Positions 14,447 to 21,979 of a stretch of DNA of 64,000 nucleotides are shown here, piece after piece. Source of the DNA: an uncultured Candidatus Saccharibacteria bacterium (GTDB taxonomy: Bacteria > Patescibacteriota > Saccharimonadia > Saccharimonadales > CAIOMD01); contig CAZMHM010000001.1 of the NCBI GenBank assembly GCA_964566135.1, positions 69,829-133,828 of the forward strand. Direction: 5' to 3'. The notes beneath the pieces are model-generated. The model saw only the letters and a list, made by a program, of their open reading frames with translations, had not been told where the DNA came from and did no database searches. How positions within the stretch are numbered: the stretch's first letter is position 1; each line of letters opens with the position of its first letter. The position numbers were made by a program, and so were the translations under genes.

Positions 14447-16739
14447 ACTGCATGGGTTATACGTGGTGCTCGAGGGGCCGCAAGGAGTCGGTAAAACAAC
14501 ACAGATTGAGTTGTTGGCTGTTCGACTGCGCAAAGAAGGCTATATTGTTCGGCAGTTTCGCGAACCAGACAGCCAAAGTGATTTAACTGCTCGGGCAATC
14601 AGGGCACTCACACAAGATATCCGTTACCCAATGAATACCCGCACAGAAGTCTTGCTATACAATGCGGCTCGCTCGCAATCGCTCGAAGTTATTCGTAAAG
14701 CTCGTGCTCAGGGCGTCGTGTGCCTGGTTGATCGTAATTATTTGACGACACTGGCTATTCAGTATTACGGACGTGGTGATGTACCTGATTACGACACAAT
14801 CAATAGCATTATTAGCTTTGCTGTTAATGATATGGAGCCCGACATTACGGTTATTCTTGATGCGCCCGTAATGACGCTACGCGAACGTGCTGTCGAACGC
14901 GGTCAAGGCGAGCGGTTCGATAATTTGAACATCGAGTTTTTAGAGCGAGTACGAACCGGATATCTTATAGAAGCCAAGCAACGAAATCTGCCAGTTATCA
15001 CTGCGCTTGGCTCCGCACAAGAAATTAACGATGAAATTTGGGGTTTGTTGCATGGCAAAGAAATCAGCGCCAAACATGTAGCGGCTGCCGCCCCACCGGC
15101 AGAACTACGTAAGTCAGAAGTGCCGGAAAAACCATTGCAAACCAGTGACCTCATTATAAAAACTGATACAGGCTTTGAAATTACAAAGGCTGGCAACGAG
15201 TATCTGCAAAAGGCAGTTACCAATACCGCAGGTAATGTATACGCGTTTACTGACCACTTTAGCCCTGTAACAATTGCTGCAGCCATGGCACGGCTCAGCC
15301 GCCGCGCTGATGATATGCGAATTACACTGTTGGATGAATTTGCTGCGAACGCCGGCAAAGACGAGGAATTGTTGCAACGCGTAATCACAGCCTATGGTGA
15401 CGACTCGGTACAGCAACTTGTTGGCCAGCATGTCGTGGTAGAGGGCGCTAGTAACTTATTAACAAAAAAACTTGAATGGGGTAGGCTTGCTGCCTATCTA
15501 GAACAATCAACGCGTTACATTTACTTTGACCAGAAAGACGAACAAGGCAATTATCGCTATGTTGTTCCGTCAAACTTCAGTAAAAAAACAAAAACGGCTT
15601 ATATTAAGACGCTCGATACAATATTCGATAAGTACTCTGAGATGGTTCGTAAGCTTACGGATTACGTTCGGGCTAGCTCAGACACACCCAAAGAACAGCA
15701 GGATGGTGCCTGGATGGCCGCTACCCGCGCACAAGCGTGTGATGCTATACGCCCTGTTTTACCGGTTGCCACAAAATCTACTGTAGGAATTTACGCATCT
15801 GGGCAAGCACTTGAAAGCCTTATTATGCATCTACTCGGCGATGACCTACCTGAGGCTCGCGAGGTTGGCGAACAATTACTTCGTGAATCACGCAAAGTAG
15901 TACCAACATTTTTAGAGCGTGCAGATAAGCCTGAGCGAGGCGGTGCAACCATAGCGTATCAAGCAAATAAGCGCCAAGAGGTCAAAAAACTCGCCGACGA
16001 ACTATTGACCGCAAATCATGCTCCACAATCCGAAGATGTAACGTTAACTGATGTTTGGCCACGTAACGAGCTCGATATTGTTGCCGATATGCTGTATGAA
16101 CACTCTCATTTACCGCTCGAGTCAATTCGTCAAGAAGTCTCGAATTGGTCGTATAAGCAAAAACTAGATGTATTTAACGCCTATATAGGCGAACGATTGA
16201 ATCGTCGGCATCGCCCAGGCCGAGCACTGGAAAAAATTCATTACAGCTGGGATTTAGTGTGTGATTATGGCATATTCCGCGATTTACAACGGCATCGCAT
16301 TGTTGATGACTTAGAATGGCAGTTGCTTACACCTCGCTATGGCTATGAAATTCCAATGCTTGTTGAACAGGCGGGCCTTGCCGAGCCATTTTTGGACTGT
16401 TTCGACCTGAGCCTAGAGCTATATAGTTTGCTACAGGGCGCTGGCCATGAACTTGAAGCGCAATACGCAACACTGCTCGGCCATAAAATGCGCTGGAAGG
16501 TCACCTACAATGCGCGTGAGGCGTTCCATCTCCACGAGTTGCGCACAAGCCCGGCCGGTCACCCAGGTTACCGTAAGCTAGTGCTACAGATGCACGAACA
16601 ATTGCTACAGGTACATCCGTTACTCGGTGAGGCTATGAAATTCGTTAATTCAGATGAAGATCCAGCGCTAACTAGACTTGCAGCCGAACGATACACGCAA
16701 TTTAAATTACAAAAATTACAAAATACTAAGAAAATTTAG
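14439..16739 (+). CDS. fusion protein: thymidylate kinase (N-terminal) plus long tandem-type FAD-dependent thymidylate synthase ThyX (C-terminal)
   Basis: Tmk: VVLEGPQGVGKTTQ P-loop and DRNYLTTLAIQ. ThyX-like: first half EQSTRYIYF, second half DLQRHRIVDD...TPRYGY and FHLHELRTSPAGHPGYR. The start overlaps the dcd stop by 8 nt. Confidence 0.7.
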   Translation: MSKLHGLYVVLEGPQGVGKTTQIELLAVRLRKEGYIVRQFREPDSQSDLTARAIRALTQDIRYPMNTRTEVLLYNAARSQSLEVIRKARAQGVVCLVDRNYLTTLAIQYYGRGDVPDYDTINSIISFAVNDMEPDITVILDAPVMTLRERAVERGQGERFDNLNIEFLERVRTGYLIEAKQRNLPVITALGSAQEINDEIWGLLHGKEISAKHVAAAAPPAELRKSEVPEKPLQTSDLIIKTDTGFEITKAGNEYLQKAVTNTAGNVYAFTDHFSPVTIAAAMARLSRRADDMRITLLDEFAANAGKDEELLQRVITAYGDDSVQQLVGQHVVVEGASNLLTKKLEWGRLAAYLEQSTRYIYFDQKDEQGNYRYVVPSNFSKKTKTAYIKTLDTIFDKYSEMVRKLTDYVRASSDTPKEQQDGAWMAATRAQACDAIRPVLPVATKSTVGIYASGQALESLIMHLLGDDLPEAREVGEQLLRESRKVVPTFLERADKPERGGATIAYQANKRQEVKKLADELLTANHAPQSEDVTLTDVWPRNELDIVADMLYEHSHLPLESIRQEVSNWSYKQKLDVFNAYIGERLNRRHRPGRALEKIHYSWDLVCDYGIFRDLQRHRIVDDLEWQLLTPRYGYEIPMLVEQAGLAEPFLDCFDLSLELYSLLQGAGHELEAQYATLLGHKMRWKVTYNAREAFHLHELRTSPAGHPGYRKLVLQMHEQLLQVHPLLGEAMKFVNSDEDPALTRLAAERYTQFKLQKLQNTKKI

Positions 16740-16749
16740 GTGTTCACGG

Positions 16750-16845
16750 GCGGGCCCGCGAAGCATTTGAATCATCCGGGTTGCGGATTCATTCATCAGT
16801 TTTGTCAGGATCGCTGACAAATACTGTGCTTCGCTAGGCCCGCCA
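16750..16845. other. ~96-nt nested inverted-repeat element (three-way-junction-like); candidate structured RNA or DNA-level site (oriT/att-like)
   Basis: The outer stem GGCGGGCC-c-GC-GAAGCA (16750-16766) pairs with TGCTTC-GC-ta-GGCCCGCC (16828-16845). It encloses hairpin TGAATC/GATTCA (16769-16792) and hairpin TTTGTCAG/CTGACAAA (16802-16822). Sits at the left edge of the second high-GC islet. Confidence 0.4.
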
Positions 16846-16869
16846 CGTTGGTGCGAACGGGTGTTGTTA

Positions 16870-17001
16870 TCACGGGAGAGGCTCGTCCTTCGCCTTGTCG
16901 GTTGCCTCCGTAACAGCCTCGAACCCGAATGCTTTGGCGATTGCCGGGTCGAGAAGTGCGACGATTGCGCCGCTAGAAAGATCGGAAGTTCCTCCGCACA
17001 T
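16870..17001 (-). CDS. small ORF (43 aa, MCGGTSDLSSGAIVALLDPAIAKAFGFEAVTEATDKAKDEPLP) coupled downstream of the wHTH gene
   Basis: Translated by hand; too short for the supplied ORF track. GGAG lies 6 nt upstream of the ATG and 14 nt after the wHTH stop. GC-rich like its neighbour. Confidence 0.35.
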   Translation of the reverse strand: MCGGTSDLSSGAIVALLDPAIAKAFGFEAVTEATDKAKDEPLP

Positions 17002-17015
17002 ATGCCGCTCCGTTT

Positions 17016-17246
17016 CTAGCTAGCCTCTGCTAGCTTGGCAATCCAGGTTCCGTCGGGCTTGCCAACGACAACCACCTTGTTGCTTGCTTCGAGTACGCCA
17101 CTGACCGTAGCGCTGCTGATGTTGAGCTTTGCAGCAATCTTGCCGCAAAGTCTGGCGTGGCTCCCCACGGCCACAAACGGCCCGTCTGCCAGCAGTGTCA
17201 AGACACGCTTGCTGTCTTTGACACTCGGCGATTGCTTCTTACCCAT
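17016..17246 (-). CDS. small winged-helix/HTH DNA-binding protein (76 aa) in high-GC islet
   Basis: MGKKQSPS...RLCGKIAAKLNISSATVSGVLEASNKVVVVGKPDGTW reads as helix-turn-helix followed by a beta wing. An internal ATG is preferred over the track start 17330. Confidence 0.5.
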   Translation of the reverse strand: MGKKQSPSVKDSKRVLTLLADGPFVAVGSHARLCGKIAAKLNISSATVSGVLEASNKVVVVGKPDGTWIAKLAEAS

Positions 17247-17270
17247 GATTATGCACCACCCATCTCGCAT

Positions 17271-17297
17271 GTCTGCGCACGGCTTTCGCACGCAGAC
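17271..17297. promoter_or_regulatory. palindrome upstream of the wHTH gene (possible autoregulatory operator)
   Basis: GTCTGCG (17271-17277) and CGCAGAC (17291-17297) flank a 13-nt GC-rich spacer, 25-50 nt upstream of the ATG at 17246. Confidence 0.3.
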
Positions 17298-17329
17298 TTC
17301 GAGATATGTGGCTAGATTGTTAAATAGCA

Positions 17330-17358
17330 AAACCGGGTTCTTTGTTGGAACCCGGTTT
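17330..17358 (-). terminator. intrinsic terminator (likely for the GGDEF gene)
   Basis: AAACCGGGTTC-tttgttg-GAACCCGGTTT; on the minus strand it is followed by TTTTGCTATTT. Confidence 0.5.
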
Positions 17359-17484
17359 ATTGAAATTTCTAACGTTAAACAGGCCCCAATTACGAGTCAA
17401 TAAGTAGTAGACCACACATAATGGCCTGCTTGCTTGTGATGACGTAATTGAAACGAGTCATGTGTATAGTTTTACTTGTTTTGA

Positions 17485-18252
17485 TTATGGTTTGTCAACC
17501 GTTAGCTCTTTAGGTGTCAAAATTCCCTCAGGGCTTCTCGTTAAAACAAATGTTGATTGCGTGCGAACTTTTGGGTCAGCGTCAGCAATAATATCGGCAT
17601 AACTACGGTGCACTGTTGGATCGATAATTGTCACAGAACCGCGAATACCAAAGCCATCAACACGTAATTCGTTTAGTAAATCAACCAGACGTCCATTTGT
17701 TACAACCCTAAATAATTTTTCACGAAGAATAGCAATCGGATCAACATCGCTAAAGGGTTTGTCATCACGCAGTAAGGCTGCAAACTCATCACCGCCAATT
17801 CGATACGCATCAGAATCGAAGGTATAATCTCCGTTGCCTAGCAGGTAAAGTCCATCGGTGTACGTTGAATGTGAGGTTCGAATTGAGTTAAGCAATGCTT
17901 GCGCAGCGAGCGATATTACCTCGTCACCTATGCTTTGCCCGAACTGAATATTAAACTCGCCGAACTTGACAAGGTCGGTGGCGATAAGCATACCGTAAAC
18001 TGATTCGCTAGTAAGCAACGAATCTATGGCATGTTCAAGCATAATCTGTTGGCCAAGCTTTGTCTTGGTATCGATAACAGACTGCTCTAGCAGTGATGCC
18101 AAACCTAAATCACCAAGTAACATGAGCTGCTGCCGGGCATGGGTAGCGTGTTCGCCTCCGCTACGTAATTCCTGGATAAGTCGAGGCACGTTTAAATGAG
18201 GCTGTTCACCTCCACTGCGTCTGTTCTCTTGTGTCTTCGGTATGTCTGTCAT
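17485..18252 (-). CDS. GGDEF-domain protein (putative diguanylate cyclase)
   Basis: YRIGGDEFAALL active-site motif, upstream DLVKFGEFNIQFGQSIGDEVI and DTKTKLGQQ. ATG 18252 is preferred over TTG 18270. Confidence 0.75.
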   Translation of the reverse strand: MTDIPKTQENRRSGGEQPHLNVPRLIQELRSGGEHATHARQQLMLLGDLGLASLLEQSVIDTKTKLGQQIMLEHAIDSLLTSESVYGMLIATDLVKFGEFNIQFGQSIGDEVISLAAQALLNSIRTSHSTYTDGLYLLGNGDYTFDSDAYRIGGDEFAALLRDDKPFSDVDPIAILREKLFRVVTNGRLVDLLNELRVDGFGIRGSVTIIDPTVHRSYADIIADADPKVRTQSTFVLTRSPEGILTPKELTVDKP

Positions 18253-18400
18253 AAAAAAATAACCTGGCAAAAACCAGGTAATTAATACTAATTTCCGGTT
18301 TCGCTACTAGCTCAACATATACCAAGCGGCCAATTACAGTATATGTTTCATCGCTTCAAAAACTACAATACTATATTAATTAAGATTCGTCAATATATGT

Positions 18401-18429
18401 TTGACTATACATACTGTATCTGTTAATAT
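18401..18429 (+). promoter_or_regulatory. sigma70-type promoter for the rplJL operon
   Basis: TTGACT (18401-18406), 17-nt spacer, TAATAT (18424-18429). Confidence 0.55.
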
Positions 18430-18435
18430 TACATA

Positions 18436-18598
18436 GATTTACCAAAGACAGCGACGGGGAAACCTTGATAATGTCGCCGAGGTGAGAACAATCTGTTTTC
18501 TACTAGTAAACTTTGGTGAATGTTGCCAAAGTTTTTTATTTGGTAACAAACACATTTACAAATTGGTCGATTGTAAATAACTAAACAGGAACTATTCT
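18436..18598 (+). promoter_or_regulatory. rplJ 5' leader with attenuator hairpin (L10-leader-like)
   Basis: Long structured 5' UTR: CGACG...tgTCGCCG stem, then ACTTTGG-tgaatgttg-CCAAAGT followed by TTTTTT (18510-18538) about 60 nt before the rplJ ATG. Position and terminator-type design fit L10(L12)4 autoregulatory leaders; no covariance-model check was possible. Confidence 0.4.
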
Positions 18599-19120
18599 AT
18601 GGCTTTAAGCAAAGAACAGAAGACTGCAGTTATTGCTGACCTTACCGACCTTCTTACCGGCTCTAAGATGACCGTTGTTGCCCAATATAAGGGTATGACC
18701 GTTAAATCTATGCAAGCCTTGCGTAAAGAAGCAAAAGGTAATGGCACAGCAGTAAAAGTAGTAAAAAATCGTTTGGTAAAACAAGCGCTAACCGGTGTCG
18801 ATACTCTTAAGGGAGTTGACGTTGCTGCGTTAGAGGGTCAGCTTTTATACGCATTTAACGATGCAGACGAAGTTGCTCCAGCAAAAGTCTTAAGTGACTA
18901 TGCAAAAAAAGAACCAGCTTTACAATTTGTAGGCGCAATTACAGCCGAAGGTACATTCATTAGTGCCGACGAAGTAAAAGCACTTGCAAGCTTGCCAAGC
19001 AAGAACCAACTTATCGCTGGTATCATCAACACCTTGCAATCGCCAGTACGCAACACTATGAGCGCACTAAATGGCAATTTGCATGGTTACTTACAGGCTA
19101 TTGAAGCCTCTAAGGCATAA
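18599..19120 (+). CDS. rplJ: 50S ribosomal protein L10
   Basis: MALSKEQKTAVIADL...VVAQYKGMTVKSMQALRKEAK is typical L10; followed by rplL. Confidence 0.95.
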   Translation: MALSKEQKTAVIADLTDLLTGSKMTVVAQYKGMTVKSMQALRKEAKGNGTAVKVVKNRLVKQALTGVDTLKGVDVAALEGQLLYAFNDADEVAPAKVLSDYAKKEPALQFVGAITAEGTFISADEVKALASLPSKNQLIAGIINTLQSPVRNTMSALNGNLHGYLQAIEASKA

Positions 19121-19148
19121 CTAAGAACTAACTTACAAAGGAACTATC

Positions 19149-19529
19149 ATGGCAGATTTAAAGAAACTTGCTGAACAATTAGTTAATCTAACTGTTCTAG
19201 AAGTAAACGAACTCGGTACTATCTTAAAAGACGAATATAACATCGAACCTGCTGCTGCGGCTGTTGCAGTTGCTGCACCTGCTGCTGGTGGCGAAGCCGC
19301 TGCTGCTGCAGACGAAAAGAGCGAATACGATGTTGTTCTTAAGGATGCAGGTGCTCAGAAGGTAGCTGTTATCAAGGCTGTTAAAGAAATCACTGGCTTA
19401 GGTCTTGGCGAAGCTAAGGCATTAGTTGATGGTGCTCCAAAGACTATCCTTGAAAAGGCTAAGAAGGAAGATGCAGAAGCAGCTAAAAAAGCTTTGGAAG
19501 AAGCTGGCGCTGTTTCAGAACTTGTTTAA
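19149..19529 (+). CDS. rplL: 50S ribosomal protein L7/L12
   Basis: Ala-rich hinge plus C-terminal [28 protein letters not shown] signature. Confidence 0.95.
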   Translation: MADLKKLAEQLVNLTVLEVNELGTILKDEYNIEPAAAAVAVAAPAAGGEAAAAADEKSEYDVVLKDAGAQKVAVIKAVKEITGLGLGEAKALVDGAPKTILEKAKKEDAEAAKKALEEAGAVSELV

Positions 19530-19548
19530 TCAGTTTGATTATAAAAAA

Positions 19549-19575
19549 GCACTCACATTTGTGGGTGCTTTTTTA
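19549..19575 (+). terminator. intrinsic terminator after rplL
   Basis: GCACTCAC-attt-GTGGGTGC followed by TTTTTTAT. Confidence 0.75.
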
Positions 19576-19709
19576 TTGCCAACATTTTGTAGTTTTCCAC
19601 AGTTACATAAAATAGGGTTCTCATTTTTGACTTTTTGTTGTATTTCATGATATGGTACGCATATATAGGAGATAAGGGAAACAAACACCCAAGTTAAGGA
19701 TAACCTGCG

Positions 19710-20219
19710 ATGTCCGATGTACCAGAGAAACAAATTAAACGACTCAAAGCTCTCATAACAGAGGCAGAGACTAATTTGGCCGCTGCAAAAGAGCTGCTTA
19801 TTAGTCTTGTGGGCGAAGATCCAGTAGTTACAGCTACTGCGCGTGAAAATATCAGCGGTAAGGTGTTAGAGGGCGTCTTTGACGGCCAAAACATGGTTGG
19901 TAGCGATGGTAAGACGTACCCAGTACCAGCAAACTATGCAAGTAAATCAAAGCTTGTTCAGGGTGATATTCTAAAGCTTACTATCGGCGATGATGGTGCA
20001 TTTTTGTACAAGCAAATTGGGCCGATTCCTCGTAAGCAAGTCGTTGGCGTACTAACGCAAAAAGAAGGCCACTACTTTGTTGAAGTAGGCGAGCGTGCAT
20101 ACCGAGTATTACTTGCAAGCGTAACCTACTTTAAGGCAAAGCCAGGCGACCAAATCAGTGTTAACGTGCCAGATGACGACACCGACACTGAATGGGCAGC
20201 TATAGAAGCCGCACTTTAG
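19710..20219 (+). CDS. hypothetical protein
   Basis: 169-aa ORF in the position where rpoB normally follows rplL; N-terminal helix then a beta-rich domain; no motif recognised. Confidence 0.45.
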   Translation: MSDVPEKQIKRLKALITEAETNLAAAKELLISLVGEDPVVTATARENISGKVLEGVFDGQNMVGSDGKTYPVPANYASKSKLVQGDILKLTIGDDGAFLYKQIGPIPRKQVVGVLTQKEGHYFVEVGERAYRVLLASVTYFKAKPGDQISVNVPDDDTDTEWAAIEAAL

Positions 20220-20240
20220 TATCAATGTAGCGTTGCAAAA

Positions 20241-20264
20241 GGGGCTCGTATGAGCCTCTTTTTA
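20241..20264 (+). terminator. intrinsic terminator between convergent genes
   Basis: GGGGCTC-gtat-GAGCCTC followed by TTTTT. Confidence 0.55.
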
Positions 20265-20275
20265 TATACCCGGAG

Positions 20276-21091
20276 TTATACAATTGTATGAGCACCGGCG
20301 CTAAGGGTAACTGCTCGCTCCACAATCCTCGGATACATATATGCCAGCCCAGCCTCGTACTCACTAAAGTCTTCGGGATTTCTGTTTGAATCAAACAGCT
20401 TCTGTAACATCTGATTATACTGAGCATCCATTGCCATGAGATAGTAATAGGCATCTCTGACAAGATAAAAATCTAATGGCTCATTTGGGTTGTCGGTTTC
20501 AATACACATAGGTAGTATCGTACCTGATAGTCGCATCCATTTACGATCTAGTGCCCGCGGTAGTTCAAGAGCACGCTGAAAAGCATTGAAATCAATGTCT
20601 GGATTAGTCATTGCTTTGGTAAACTTCTCTGATTTTGCAGATACAAACGAATGATAATCATGTTCATATGATGCGGTAGCCGGGGAAAGCTGTTGTGCTG
20701 GCTCACCGATTCTAAAGCGAACATCTGGCTCTACTTCTTTGAGGTAATCCAAAAACAATGATTCAACGCCATGATTACCGCTACGTGCAACAGACTGCTT
20801 TACGATTATTGGCTCAAGCGGAACATGTGTAAGCTCGGTAATGCCTCGAAGTGCCTTGACGAATCGAGCTAAACCGGCATATGAGAGGTGGTCTGGGAGT
20901 ACTACTAGGCAATCGACATCACTCCGTATATCATGGCGTCGCTCGTCAACCGAGCCGTATATCATGAGCTCTGTGCCTCTAAGTTCAGGCGCTTCTGGCA
21001 AAGCCATGATTGCATGCGCTGCTTGCTCAAAATCATCGAGTCGAGGTATCTGGTTTCGCCTAACTTGTTCAGGTGTGAATACTTTTGCCAT
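20276..21091 (-). CDS. nucleotidyltransferase-fold protein (Pol-beta superfamily) with helical C-terminal domain
   Basis: LMIYGSVDERRHDIRSDVDCLVVL fits the GS-x(n)-DxD NTase motif. ATG at 21091 (MAKVFTPEQ) is preferred over the long track ORF that reaches 21310. Confidence 0.55.
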   Translation of the reverse strand: MAKVFTPEQVRRNQIPRLDDFEQAAHAIMALPEAPELRGTELMIYGSVDERRHDIRSDVDCLVVLPDHLSYAGLARFVKALRGITELTHVPLEPIIVKQSVARSGNHGVESLFLDYLKEVEPDVRFRIGEPAQQLSPATASYEHDYHSFVSAKSEKFTKAMTNPDIDFNAFQRALELPRALDRKWMRLSGTILPMCIETDNPNEPLDFYLVRDAYYYLMAMDAQYNQMLQKLFDSNRNPEDFSEYEAGLAYMYPRIVERAVTLSAGAHTIV

Positions 21092-21235
21092 TTGTATATA
21101 GTGCAACCGGTTTTGCCGTAATGCAAGCAATAGCAATTTAGCTCGTAGAATTAACAACGAACTAGCGACATTTAGCCAAGCTTTTTCTATACTAAAAGCA
21201 GAACGACAAAAACAAAGGTGGGCACGAGGGGTAAA

Positions 21236-21949
21236 ATGGGAAAGAAATTCATATGGCACGAAGGCCCGATGGATGCTGGTAAAACATTGCAGCTGATGGT
21301 TGCGAGGCATAACTACGTGAAAAAAAATAAGCCCGTAGTACTAGCCAAGCCAGATAGAGATAAAAAGGGTGACGATACGATAGAAACCCGCGCGAAAGGT
21401 TTCGACCCAGTAACTGTTGACGTTCTTTTTGATGATGAGGACAACGCATACGAGCAACTGCTTCGCGGAATCGGCTCTAACTCGCTTCGAGAAGCAGGAA
21501 TTAAATGCGTTTTCTTAGACGAAGTACAGTTTATGACCCCGCCACAAGTTGACGATATCTACTGGAACGTGACAAAAGGCGAAAAAATCGCAGTGATGGC
21601 GTATGGATTAAAGACTGATTTTATCGGTGAGCCTTTTCCGGGGTCTGTACGGGCACATGCTAGGGCAAATAAGGTTCGTGAGCTCGTTACTGTTTGCGGC
21701 TGCGATAGGGACATTAAAGCAGAACACAATACGCGCTTCATTGATGGAGTCTCCGTATTTGTTGGCGATCAAGAGTCAATTGACGGAATCGATAGCACTT
21801 ACGAATCGCTTTGTGCATATTGCTACGCTGATGAACTCTACGGTGCAATCAAGGAGGGTAGGCCGATTAGTCCCACTCTCAAACCCACGGTTGACGCAAT
21901 TTTACGGTTTGCGGGTGTACTAACTACAACAGACAAAAACGAGGCCTAG
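21236..21949 (+). CDS. tdk: thymidine kinase (TK1 type)
   Basis: GPMDAGKT P-loop, FLDEVQF, and zinc-ligand pairs CGC...H and CAYC. GAGGGG SD precedes ATG 21236. Confidence 0.85.
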   Translation: MGKKFIWHEGPMDAGKTLQLMVARHNYVKKNKPVVLAKPDRDKKGDDTIETRAKGFDPVTVDVLFDDEDNAYEQLLRGIGSNSLREAGIKCVFLDEVQFMTPPQVDDIYWNVTKGEKIAVMAYGLKTDFIGEPFPGSVRAHARANKVRELVTVCGCDRDIKAEHNTRFIDGVSVFVGDQESIDGIDSTYESLCAYCYADELYGAIKEGRPISPTLKPTVDAILRFAGVLTTTDKNEA

Positions 21950-21979
21950 GGCTATACTAAAATGTAACAAAGGGGAACT

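Noticed and set aside
16750-16845. tRNA or tRNA fragment (att site) interpretation of the nested hairpins
   Set aside because: It is a three-way rather than four-way junction. It has no GTTCRANYC T-loop, no D-loop or anticodon-arm geometry, and no CCA-adjacent acceptor features.
17301-17324. Degenerate copy of the 18-bp repeat (GAGATATGTGGCTAGATTGTTAA versus GACATATTGGATTGTTAC) at the right edge of the second GC islet
   Set aside because: It needs two indels (1 and 4 nt) and two substitutions. Its orientation relative to the islet is opposite to that in the first cassette, and no partner exists at the left edge. It could be chance, so I list it only as something to check if the 18-mer is searched genome-wide.
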